64,000 nucleotides of DNA from Arenicellales bacterium (GCA_041550555.1 JBFEOO010000002.1:1865-65864), one strand, 5' to 3'; positions 33,512 through 41,673 are shown, counted from the first letter of the stretch. Made by a program: numbers and translations. Notes: generated by a model not told the origin, from the sequence alone.

Positions 33512-33828
33512 ACGGCGCCCACGATCTCGGCGGCATGCACGGCTTCGGACCCATCGAAGCGGAGCCCGACGAGCCCGTGTTCCACGCCGAGTGGGAGCGG
33601 CGCGCCTTTGCGCTGACGCTCGCCATGGGCGCCCACGGCGCATGGAACATCGACATGTCGCGTTACGCCCGCGAACGTATGGCGCCAGGCGCCTACCTCG
33701 CGACGAGCTACTACGAGCACTGGCTACACGGCCTCGAGCTCTTGCTCGTCGAGAAGGGTTTTCTCACCCGCCAGGAGATCGACAGGCGCATGGCGGAGAT
33801 CGCGGCACAGGAGGCACAGGAGGCGTAG
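33508..33828 (+). CDS. Nitrile hydratase beta subunit, N-terminal half as a separate ORF
   Basis: A GTG at 33508 overlaps the alpha stop (GTGA). The product reads [35 protein letters not shown]...[17 protein letters not shown], the conserved N-domain of NHase beta. It ends with a TAG at 33826-33828 in the interdomain linker. Confidence 0.85.
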   Translation: MNGAHDLGGMHGFGPIEAEPDEPVFHAEWERRAFALTLAMGAHGAWNIDMSRYARERMAPGAYLATSYYEHWLHGLELLLVEKGFLTRQEIDRRMAEIAAQEAQEA

Positions 33829-34184
33829 TGCCCGTCTTGACTGCGGATCGGGTCGAGGAGATGCTGCGCCGCGGCACCAGCGCGCGGCTGCCCGAGAATG
33901 GCCCGCCACGTTTTCGCCGCGGCGAGCGCGTCGTCGCGCGCAACATCAACCCGGTCACCCACACGCGCGTGCCACGCTACCTGCGGGGACGTGTCGGCAC
34001 CATCGAGCGTTGTCACGGCGTGTTCATCTTCCCCGACGCACACGCACACGACGGAACCAAGGAGCCGCAACAGCTCTACAGCGTGCGCTTCGAGGCGGCC
34101 GAGCTGTGGGGACCGGATGCGCCGGTCGCAACCGATGCCGTATACGTCGATCTGTTCGAACCTTACCTGGCGCCAGCGCCCTAG
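33828..34184 (+). CDS. Nitrile hydratase beta subunit, C-terminal half as a separate ORF
   Basis: A GTG at 33828 shares one nucleotide with the preceding TAG (TAGTG), and AGGAGG lies 4 nt upstream. The product has PRFRRGERVVARN...HTRVPRYLRGRVGTIERCHGVFIFPDAHAHD...LYSVRFEAAELWG...VYVDLFEPYL, the conserved beta C-domain. An in-frame ATG at 33861 is an alternative start. Confidence 0.8.
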   Translation: MPVLTADRVEEMLRRGTSARLPENGPPRFRRGERVVARNINPVTHTRVPRYLRGRVGTIERCHGVFIFPDAHAHDGTKEPQQLYSVRFEAAELWGPDAPVATDAVYVDLFEPYLAPAP

Positions 34185-34276
34185 GGCGGTGTCGCCGCGC
34201 ACCGCCGCCGCAGCGCCGCCTGGTGCGCTTCCGCCTGACGCCAGCTGTGCCATCCGGCGCCGCGGCGACGCTCGCC

Positions 34277-34639
34277 ATGCCCGCTGCGCCTGATCTCCGC
34301 TCGCTGCCGACGCTACCGCAAGACCGCGACGGGCCCGTGTTCGCCGAGCCGTGGCAGGCCCAGGCCTTCGCGCTCACCGTCAAGCTCCACGAGGCCGGTC
34401 ATTTCACCTGGAGCGAATGGGCAGACGCGCTCGGTGGAGAGATCGCCGCCGCCCGGGCCGCCGGCGATCCCGACCTTGGTGACACCTACTACCTGCACTG
34501 GCTGCGCGCGCTCGAAAACCTTGTCGCCCGCAAAGGACTGGCGTCGGCCGCCGAGCTGGCGCGGCGCCAGGCGGAGTGGGACGAGGCGGCGCGGCGCACC
34601 GAACACGGGCGACCCATCGAGCTGCCGGGGCGGCGTTAG
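34277..34639 (+). CDS. Nitrile hydratase accessory (activator) protein, P14K/NhlE-like
   Basis: The 120-aa product contains GPVFAEPWQAQAFALTVKLHEAGHFTWSEWADALGGEIA...YYLHWLRALENLVARKGL, the pattern of Co-type NHase accessory proteins. The start at ATG 34277 lies within the longer track ORF. Confidence 0.8.
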   Translation: MPAAPDLRSLPTLPQDRDGPVFAEPWQAQAFALTVKLHEAGHFTWSEWADALGGEIAAARAAGDPDLGDTYYLHWLRALENLVARKGLASAAELARRQAEWDEAARRTEHGRPIELPGRR

Positions 34640-34925
34640 GCGGCCGGCAACGTCACCGCAGCGCGGCGCACCAGGCAGAGCCTGGACAGCGGCGCGGCGC
34701 TGGTCGCACGCCGCCGCCGTCATGGCTCTGGGGGGCGGCGTGCTCGCACGCCGCGCGAGCGCGGCAGCTGCCCGGCGCGAGGGCCCGAGGCACCCGCGAC
34801 CCGGCGGTGCGAGCGGTGGGTCGCTGCATCGCGGCCAGGCAGCCCGCACGCGCCCTGGCCCGCGCTGTTACCTGAGGCTTTCCGGTCGCGCGACGGTTAT
34901 CGTCGGACGGGGGGACGCCACCCGC

Positions 34926-36323
34926 TCACGCGCTGTCTCCGCCTCCCCCGCCCGTGAAGCGCCAGCGCGTGCCTTGCGCCCCGTCCTCGAGGGCGACCCC
35001 GCGCTCCAGCAGCTCGTCGCGAATGCGGTCGGCCGTGGCGAAGTCTTTCGCACTGCGCGCCGCGCCGCGGGCCGCGATCAGACGCTCGATCTCATCGATC
35101 TCGATCTGCGCGTCGCCGCGCCGCTCGAACCACTCCTCGGGCCTCTGCCCCAACAGACCGAGCACCTCGCCGGCCGCGAGCAGCTGGGCCTTGTAGCGGG
35201 CCCGCTCCGCGGAGTCGGCGGCGGCGTTGGCGGCGCGCGTCAGCTCGTGCAGCTCAGCGAACGCCTGCGGCGTGTTGAGGTCATCCTCGAGCGCGGCCAT
35301 GACGGCCGGGGGCGGCGCCGCATCCGGCGCCGGCGCCACGTCACCGAGATCCCGCAGCGTGCCGTAGAGCCGGTCGAGGCTGCGCTGCGCGCGGGGCAGC
35401 GTCTGCGCCGACCAGTCGAGCGGCTTGCGGTAATGAGCGCCCAACAGGGCCGCGCGGACCGTCTCGCCCGGTGCCTGCGCCAACAGGTCCCGCACCAGCA
35501 GAACGTTGCCGAGAGACTTGGACATCTTCTCCTGATCGACGTTGACGAAACCATTGTGCACCCAGTGTCGGCAAAACAGTTTGCCGCCGTGCGCGCAAGT
35601 GCTCTGCGCGATTTCGTTCTCGTGATGGGGAAAAACCAGATCCTGCCCGCCGCCGTGGATATCGATGGTCTGGCCCAGGTGCGCCTCGATCATGCACGAG
35701 CACTCGAGGTGCCAGCCCGGGCGCCCGCGCCCCCAGGGGCTGTCCCAACCGGGGAGATCGTCGGTGGACGGCTTCCAGAGCACGAAGTCGGCCGGGTCGC
35801 GCTTGTAGGGGGCCACCTCCACGCGGGCCCCGGCGATCATGTCCTCTCGCGCGCGGCCCGACAGCCGGCCGTAAGCGGCAAACGACGGCACGTGGAACAG
35901 CACGTGGCTTTCGACCTCGTAGGCGTGACCTTGCGCGATGAGGCGCTCGACCATGGCGATCATGCCGTCGATGTGGTCGGTCGCCCGCGGCTCGAGCGTA
36001 GGCGGCAGGACTGCGAGCGCCTCCATGTCGTGGTGGTAGATCGCCGTGTAGCGGTCACTGACGGCGGTAATCGGCACCCCGGCCTCGGCGGCGGCCGCAT
36101 TGATCTTGTCGTCGACGTCCGTGATGTTGCGCGCGTAGACGACGCCGTAGTGACGCCGCAACACCCGGAACAGAACGTCGAACACCACCGCCGGACGCGC
36201 ATTGCCGATATGCGGGTGGCTGTACACGGTCGGCCCGCACACGTACATCGTCACCCGCCCGGGGTCCGCCGGCACCAGCGGCTCCTTGCGACGCGTGAGC
36301 GTGTTGTAGAGCTGTATGGCCAT
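34926..36323 (-). CDS. cysS: Cysteine--tRNA ligase
   Basis: The 465-aa ORF has [19 protein letters not shown] (HIGH) and KMSKSLGN motifs. Confidence 0.95.
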   Translation of the reverse strand: MAIQLYNTLTRRKEPLVPADPGRVTMYVCGPTVYSHPHIGNARPAVVFDVLFRVLRRHYGVVYARNITDVDDKINAAAAEAGVPITAVSDRYTAIYHHDMEALAVLPPTLEPRATDHIDGMIAMVERLIAQGHAYEVESHVLFHVPSFAAYGRLSGRAREDMIAGARVEVAPYKRDPADFVLWKPSTDDLPGWDSPWGRGRPGWHLECSCMIEAHLGQTIDIHGGGQDLVFPHHENEIAQSTCAHGGKLFCRHWVHNGFVNVDQEKMSKSLGNVLLVRDLLAQAPGETVRAALLGAHYRKPLDWSAQTLPRAQRSLDRLYGTLRDLGDVAPAPDAAPPPAVMAALEDDLNTPQAFAELHELTRAANAAADSAERARYKAQLLAAGEVLGLLGQRPEEWFERRGDAQIEIDEIERLIAARGAARSAKDFATADRIRDELLERGVALEDGAQGTRWRFTGGGGGDSA

Positions 36324-36442
36324 GGCGGCGGATTATAATGGCGGCACACGACGTTTCACGAGCCGGTCCGCGGCCGGGCGCGGCGGCGTGACACCGCCAT
36401 GCGAACAGGGCACGTCCGCCCGCCGGCGCGCAGCGCACGTTT

Positions 36443-37030
36443 GTGACGGTCCCATTCATGGATAACTCGCACGTGCCCGCGGTGCTCGCGGACGGCACAA
36501 CACCGCTCTCTGTCGCGGCACTCCTCTGTATGCTCGACGAGCTCGGTGTGGCCCACAGCACCGTCAGCCATCCCCCCCTGTTCACCGTGGAGCAGTCGAA
36601 GGCGCTGCGCGGTGAGCTGCAAGGCGCCCACACCAAGAACCTCTTCCTGCGTAACAAGAAGGGCACCATGTGGCTGGTCACCTGCCGCGAGGACTGCCAA
36701 ATCGACCTCAAACGCCTGGGTGCCGACCTCGGCGCCGGCCGCTTGTCCTTTTGCAGCCCGGAGCGGCTGATGAAGTTCCTCGGCGTCACGCCGGGCGCCG
36801 TCTCTCCCTTCGCGGTCGTCAACGACAGGACCGGCTCGGTGCAGGTCGTGCTCGATCGCCGACTGCTGCAGCAGGACCCACTCAACCTGCACCCGCTCGA
36901 CAACACCCGGACCACCGCCGTGTCCGGCGCCGACCTGCTCAGGCTTCTGGACGCGGTAGAGCATACGCCGCTCGTGCTCGACCTCGACGCGCAGGTCGAC
37001 GGCGGAACGGCCGCCGCGTCGGCCCGCTGA
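36443..37030 (+). CDS. YbaK/ProX-family aminoacyl-tRNA deacylase (prolyl-tRNA synthetase associated domain)
   Basis: The protein contains HTKNLFLRNKKG and GVTPGAVSPFAVVND motifs typical of ProX/YbaK trans-editing proteins. The start is either GTG 36443 or ATG 36458. Confidence 0.75.
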   Translation: MTVPFMDNSHVPAVLADGTTPLSVAALLCMLDELGVAHSTVSHPPLFTVEQSKALRGELQGAHTKNLFLRNKKGTMWLVTCREDCQIDLKRLGADLGAGRLSFCSPERLMKFLGVTPGAVSPFAVVNDRTGSVQVVLDRRLLQQDPLNLHPLDNTRTTAVSGADLLRLLDAVEHTPLVLDLDAQVDGGTAAASAR

Positions 37031-37092
37031 CCACAGGCCGTCGCCGACCACGGCCCCCGACGCGGAACCAGGCTGCCTTGCAATGCCTCGTC

Positions 37093-37121
37093 TTGCGTTT
37101 TGGCAGGCAGACGGCTAGATT
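37093..37121 (+). promoter_or_regulatory. Candidate sigma-70 promoter for the ileS leader
   Basis: TTGCGT (37093-37098), a 17-nt spacer and TAGATT (37116-37121) lie about 10-20 nt before the first T-box Stem I nucleotides. The hexamers are weak. Confidence 0.35.
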
Positions 37122-37138
37122 TCGGCGAAATCGAGCAA

Positions 37139-37447
37139 GGCGTTGATAGGGACGAGTAGCCGCGTCGATACAGCGACAGCGAGCGGGGGACGGTGGAAGC
37201 CCCGCGCTGTAGCGCGGCGAAAATCACCCTGGAGCCGCTGACCGAACCGCGCCACCGGCGCTGCGCCGGGGTTCGCAGTAGGATCAGCCGGTCGGCCACC
37301 GTTATCGGGCCAGGGTGTCGAGCGGGCCGAACCGTCCGTCGTCACCCGCAGAGGCCACCGACTCGTGAGAGGGTGGCGAAACCGGGTGGTACCGCGAACG
37401 TCTCGCCCCGGGGATTCCAGCAACGGACCCCGGGGCGTTTTGCTTTT
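37139..37447 (+). promoter_or_regulatory. T-box riboswitch leader, isoleucine (AUC) specifier
   Basis: - Stem I has a GA/K-turn region (TTGATAGGG paired to CCCTGGAG) and the helix GCCGCG 37159-64 / CGCGGC 37213-18.
- An AG-bulge-like ACAGCGAG lies at 37176-83, and the distal loop is GACGGTGGAAG.
- The specifier loop is GAAA-ATC-A, with ATC at 37223-25.
- The F-box CCGTTA is at 37299-304, and Stem III is GCCACC/GGTGGC at 37354-77.
- The T-box sequence GGGTGGTACCGCG is at 37384-96.
- The antiterminator carries the 7-nt bulge TGGTACC.
- An overlapping terminator follows. Confidence 0.88.
37404..37447 (+). terminator. Intrinsic terminator of the T-box leader
   Basis: A perfect 10-bp stem CGCCCCGGGG (37404-13) / CCCCGGGGCG (37428-37) with a 14-nt loop is followed by TTTTGCTTTT. 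Its 5' arm is shared with the antiterminator 3' strand (CGC 37404-06, CCCGG 37407-11). Confidence 0.85.
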
Positions 37448-37460
37448 GAGGCACGAGCCG

Positions 37461-40400
37461 ATGAGCTTCAAGGAAGTGTCCGGCCGCTACGACGGCCCGC
37501 AACTCGAACAGGAAATTCTCGAACTGTGGCGCGAGCACGATGTCTTCGAGGCGACGCTCCGGCACAGCGAAGGACGGCCGCTTTTTACCTTCAGTGAGGG
37601 TCCGCCGACCGCGAACGGACGGCCGGGAATTCATCACGTGCTGGCGCGCACCTTCAAGGACATCTACCCGCGTTACAAGACCATGCGCGGCTATCACGTC
37701 CCCCGTAAGGCGGGCTGGGACACGCACGGCCTGCCCGTCGAGCACGAGATCGAGAAAGAGCTGGGCATCTTCGACAAGTCCCGTATCGAAGCGGAGGTCG
37801 GCATCGCAGAGTTCACACGGCGCTGCCGCGAGTCCGTGCTTCGCTACATCGGCGACTGGGAGAAGATGACCGAGCGCATGGGTTTCTGGGTCAACATGAA
37901 GCAGGCCTACTACACGCTCGACAACGATTACATCGAGTCGGTGTGGTACCTGCTCAAGACGATCTGGGACAAGGGGCTCATCTACCAGGGCTACAAGGTG
38001 GTGCCCTACGATCCCCGCATCGGCACCACGCTCTCCTCGCACGAGGTGGCACTCGGCTACAAGGAGGTGGATGACCCCTCGGTCTACGTCCGCTTTCGGC
38101 TCATCGAGGAACCCGACACCTCGTTGCTGGTCTGGACGACGACGCCCTGGACGCTGCCGTCGAACCTGGCGCTCGCCGTGCACCCCGACGTCGACTACGC
38201 ATTCGTCGAGACGGCGGGAGAGGTGCTGGTAATGGCCGCGGAGCGGGTGGACGCCGTGGTGGGCGACACCGAGCGCCCCGTGCGGACCCAGCGCACGGTG
38301 AAAGGCAGCATGCTCGTGGGTCAGCGCTACCAGCGCCTGTTCGACTATCTGCCCGTCGAAGGCGACGTCTGCCGGGTGCTGCCTGCGGAGTTCGTCAGCA
38401 CCGCGGATGGCACGGGCATCGTGCACATCGCGCCCGCCTACGGCGAGGACGATCTCGAGCTCGGACAGCGTTACGACTTGCCGGTGCTGCACGGTGTCGG
38501 TCTCGACGGTCACTTCCTGCCAGAGGTCACACCGGTCGCGGGAAAGTTCTTCAAGGATGCCGACCCCACGCTGATCGGGCTGCTCGATGAGCGCGGGCTT
38601 CTGTTCCGCGCCGAGACCCACCGGCACAACTATCCCTTCGGGTGGCGCACCGGCGATCCCTTGATCTACTACGCCAAGAACGCCTGGTACATCCGCACCA
38701 CTGCTTTTCGCGACCGCATGGTCGAGTTGAACAAGACCATCAACTGGGTTCCGGAGTCCATCCGCGAGGGTCGTTTCGGCAATTGGCTCGAGCACAACGT
38801 CGACTGGGCGCTGTCCCGCGAACGTTTTTGGGGCACACCGTTGCCGCTGTGGACGGACGGCGCGGGCAGCTACGTGTGCATCGGTTCGGTCGCCGAACTC
38901 GAGCAGCTGGCGGGCCGATCCCTCGAGGGGCTCGACCTGCACCGGCCCGCTGTCGACGAGGTGACCTTTCACAAGGACGGCAAAGAGTACCGCCGCGTCG
39001 CCGAGGTGATCGACTGCTGGTTCGACTCGGGAGCGATGTCCTACGCCCAGTGGCACTACCCTTTCGAGAACGAGGGCAGTTTCCGCAGCCATTTTCCGGC
39101 CACGTACATCTGCGAGGCCATCGACCAGACGCGGGGGTGGTTCTACACCCTACACGCGATCGCCACCATCGTCTCGGACAGCGTGGCATACGAGAACTGC
39201 GTGTGCCTGAGCCACATCGTGGATAAGCACGGCAAGAAGATGTCGAAGTCGCTCGGCAACATCGTCAATCCCTACGATGTGTTCGACACCATCGGCGCCG
39301 ATCCGCTGCGCTGGTATTTTCTGGCCCGCGTAGCCCCCGAGGGCCAGAAGCGCATCTCCGTCGACATCGTCGCCGACGTCGCCAGCTCGTTCCTGAACAC
39401 GCTTTGGAATGCCTATGCCTTCTTCGTGCTCTACGCGCGCCTCGATCGGGTCGATCTCAGCCACGCCGTTCCGCTTGCCCATCGACCGGAGATCGATCGC
39501 TGGGCGTTGGCACTGCTCGAGCAGACCGTGACGACAGCGACCGAGGCGCTCGACCGTTACGACGCCAAGACGGCCGGCGAAGCCATCGAGTCGTTCGTCG
39601 ACCAGCTGAGCAACTGGTACATCCGCCGTAACCGGCGACGCTTCTGGAAGGCGGAGGCAGGCGCCGACAAGCAGGCCGCCTATCTGACGCTCTACGAATG
39701 TCTCGACGTCATCGAGCGCCTGATCGCGCCGTTCATGCCGTTTCTGGCCGAGGCGATGTACCAGAACCTGGGCCGCGCCGCAGCCGCCAGCGTGCACATG
39801 ACGTCATGGCCTGCACCGGTGGCCGAGCGGCGCAATCCGGCCCTGGTGGAGGAGATCGACATCGTGCAGCGGGTGGTAGGCCTCGGCCGCGCTGCCCGAG
39901 AACAGTCGCGGGTGCGCGTGCGTCAGCCGCTCGCCCGACTCCTGCTCCGCGTGCCCGACGATGCCTCAGCCCGGGCGGTCGAACGCCATCGGGGGCAAGT
40001 GCTCGAGGAGCTCAACGTCAAGGCGCTGGAATTCATCGCTCGCGACGACGAGTTCGTCAGCTACCGCATCAAGCCCAACTTGCCGCGGCTCGGTAAACGC
40101 CTGGGAAAACGTATCCCGGCGATTCGCAGCGCACTCGAGCAGGCCGCCGGCAGTACCATCGCAGCGGCCGTAGCGCTCGGCGAGGGGTTTGCCCTCGAGA
40201 TCGACGGCGAGTCGCTGGTGTTCGAGCCGGAGGACGTGCTCGTCGAGACCACGTCGGCGCCGGGGTTCGCCTGTGCCGAGAGCGCCGGCTATCTGGCGGC
40301 CCTCGATACGACCGTGACGCCTGCGCTGCGGCGCGAAGGGTTGGCGCGGGAGCTCGTGCGCACGGTGCAGGACGCCCGCAAGCAGGCCGGCCTGACGGTG

Positions 40401-40592
40401 TCCGATCGCATCAGGCTGCGCGTCGACGGTAGCGAAGCGGTGCAGCAGGCGCTGCGCGAGTACCGCCCTTTGATCATGGGGGAGACGTTGGCGTCGGAGT
40501 GGGTCGACGGCGAGTTCGAGCCGCACTTCGAAGTCGACCATCGACTCGACGACGAGCACTGGTCCATCGCACTGGCGCGAACGACCCCCTGA
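37461..40592 (+). CDS. ileS: Isoleucine--tRNA ligase, type 2 (about 1043 aa)
   Basis: The protein starts MSFKEVSGRYDGPQLEQEIL and has PPTANGRPGIHHV (HIGH) and KMSKSLGN. Its length and the C-terminus lacking the type-1 zinc-finger Cys cluster indicate type 2. GAGG lies 9 nt upstream of ATG 37461. The track ORF from 37365 reads through the terminator. Confidence 0.93.
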   Translation: MSFKEVSGRYDGPQLEQEILELWREHDVFEATLRHSEGRPLFTFSEGPPTANGRPGIHHVLARTFKDIYPRYKTMRGYHVPRKAGWDTHGLPVEHEIEKELGIFDKSRIEAEVGIAEFTRRCRESVLRYIGDWEKMTERMGFWVNMKQAYYTLDNDYIESVWYLLKTIWDKGLIYQGYKVVPYDPRIGTTLSSHEVALGYKEVDDPSVYVRFRLIEEPDTSLLVWTTTPWTLPSNLALAVHPDVDYAFVETAGEVLVMAAERVDAVVGDTERPVRTQRTVKGSMLVGQRYQRLFDYLPVEGDVCRVLPAEFVSTADGTGIVHIAPAYGEDDLELGQRYDLPVLHGVGLDGHFLPEVTPVAGKFFKDADPTLIGLLDERGLLFRAETHRHNYPFGWRTGDPLIYYAKNAWYIRTTAFRDRMVELNKTINWVPESIREGRFGNWLEHNVDWALSRERFWGTPLPLWTDGAGSYVCIGSVAELEQLAGRSLEGLDLHRPAVDEVTFHKDGKEYRRVAEVIDCWFDSGAMSYAQWHYPFENEGSFRSHFPATYICEAIDQTRGWFYTLHAIATIVSDSVAYENCVCLSHIVDKHGKKMSKSLGNIVNPYDVFDTIGADPLRWYFLARVAPEGQKRISVDIVADVASSFLNTLWNAYAFFVLYARLDRVDLSHAVPLAHRPEIDRWALALLEQTVTTATEALDRYDAKTAGEAIESFVDQLSNWYIRRNRRRFWKAEAGADKQAAYLTLYECLDVIERLIAPFMPFLAEAMYQNLGRAAAASVHMTSWPAPVAERRNPALVEEIDIVQRVVGLGRAAREQSRVRVRQPLARLLLRVPDDASARAVERHRGQVLEELNVKALEFIARDDEFVSYRIKPNLPRLGKRLGKRIPAIRSALEQAAGSTIAAAVALGEGFALEIDGESLVFEPEDVLVETTSAPGFACAESAGYLAALDTTVTPALRREGLARELVRTVQDARKQAGLTVSDRIRLRVDGSEAVQQALREYRPLIMGETLASEWVDGEFEPHFEVDHRLDDEHWSIALARTTP

Positions 40593-40685
40593 TCGGGACG
40601 ATCCGCCGCAGCATCCTCGCACCACCCGCCGCCGCGGCGGTCCCACTGCTGGACTCCCACGGGCCCCGCTTGGCTTGCGGCGGTG

Positions 40686-40718
40686 CCTTCGCTCGCGCCT
40701 GGCGGCCGCGAGCGAAGG
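40686..40718. repeat. Perfect 12-bp inverted repeat (hairpin) downstream of ileS
   Basis: CCTTCGCTCGCG (40686-97) and CGCGAGCGAAGG (40707-18) are separated by a 9-nt loop. No U-tract follows. It lies 94 nt after the ileS stop. Confidence 0.6.
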
Positions 40719-40795
40719 CCAACACCCCAGGTTGCACAGGGTTGGACAGGGATGGTTGAAAAAAGAGGATGTATAATTATTTTCTAAAAAATATA

Positions 40796-40823
40796 TTGAC
40801 ATTATCTGAATATTCTGTAGAGT
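40796..40823 (+). promoter_or_regulatory. Candidate sigma-70 promoter inside the AT-rich island upstream of the fasciclin gene
   Basis: TTGACA (40796-801), a 16-nt spacer and TAGAGT (40818-23) lie about 70 nt upstream of ATG 40895. A perfect TATAAT at 40772-77 lacks a good -35. Confidence 0.35.
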
Positions 40824-40894
40824 ACAGGATGTGGGTAGTAGACAATTCTGGAAATTTTAACGACTGTCTAAAAAAATCTCGAGGAATCAACGCC

Positions 40895-41404
40895 ATGCGC
40901 AAACTCATCGCTCTCGCACTCGTCGTAGCCAGCACCGCCGGCGGCCTCTCCGCGCTGGCCAAGGTCGGTTCGGCCCCGGATACCCCTGTCGACGTCGCCA
41001 GCGCCGTCCGCGGCTCCGGCGAGCTGGGTCTCTTTGCCGGCGTGCTGCGCGACACGGACGTGAATGCAACGCTCCGCAGCGACAGCGGCTGGACGCTGTT
41101 CGTCCCCTCGGACAGCGCGCTGCGCAACGAAGGCGCCGCCTTCCTGCTCGAAGAGGTTCTGCGCGCGCCGGCGAATGCCGGTCGACTGCTCGACCTGGCG
41201 AAGTCGCATGTCGTGAAGGGAACGCTGAGTGCCCGCGAGCTCGAGGATCGTGTCGACGTCCCCACCTTGGCTGGTGCGCGGCTGTCGATCGAGCGGGTCG
41301 GTGAAGGCCTGCGGGTGGGTGGTCACGCCATGGTCGTCGACCGCGTCGAAACCGCCAACGGTACGGTATACGTTGTCGACCGCCTGCTCTGGCCGCTCGG
41401 TTGA
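40895..41404 (+). CDS. Fasciclin (FAS1) domain protein, secreted
   Basis: A signal peptide (MRKLIALALVVASTAGGLSALA) is followed by FAS1 motifs (WTLFVPSDSAL, NGTVYVVDRLL). GAGGAA lies upstream of the ATG. The track ORF start at 40769 lies in AT-rich non-coding sequence. Confidence 0.85.
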   Translation: MRKLIALALVVASTAGGLSALAKVGSAPDTPVDVASAVRGSGELGLFAGVLRDTDVNATLRSDSGWTLFVPSDSALRNEGAAFLLEEVLRAPANAGRLLDLAKSHVVKGTLSARELEDRVDVPTLAGARLSIERVGEGLRVGGHAMVVDRVETANGTVYVVDRLLWPLG

Positions 41405-41545
41405 CCACGCCGCCATGCCGATAGCCTTGCAGCTCCAGCTCATGCGGCAAGGCTCGGGATAACCCCTGCGACGGGTGTGGTGCGACAGCGGCACCCCACT
41501 CGGTCAGGAATGTAGGAGCTTTCGGCCGGCGTCGGCGGGATCGAA

Positions 41546-41587
41546 AGCGACGGCGCCTGTGGCAGCAGCACAGGCGTCGCTTTTCTT
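41546..41587 (+). terminator. Candidate intrinsic terminator after the fasciclin gene
   Basis: The stem AGCGAC(GGC)GCCTGTG / CACAGGCGTCGCT has 13 bp with a 3-nt bulge and a 7-nt loop. It is followed by TTTTCTT. Confidence 0.5.
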
Positions 41588-41673
41588 GATCAGTTTACTC
41601 AGGTATTATCGCTGGCGGGCTTACGTCCGCTCAGCCTCTCCAGCCTCGAGCCCAGCCCGGGACATCCGCCAAG

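Noticed and set aside
34434-36338. 634-aa plus-strand ORF
   Set aside because: It lies entirely antisense to cysS, which has HIGH and KMSKS motifs. Its sequence is Arg/Gly/Pro-rich and low in complexity.
36055-37299. 414-aa minus-strand ORF covering the proX-like gene and the cysS start
   Set aside because: It overlaps two better-supported genes on either strand. It is rich in Ser/Arg/Ala and shows no motifs.
37302-39092. 596-aa minus-strand ORF
   Set aside because: It is antisense to the 5' half of ileS and to the T-box leader. No homology is recognisable, so it is a shadow ORF.
40769-40894. Track start of the fasciclin ORF at ATG 40769, inside the AT-rich island
   Set aside because: The first 42 codons are AT-rich with atypical codon usage (MYNYFLKNILTLSEY...). 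A proper signal peptide with an SD starts at 40895.
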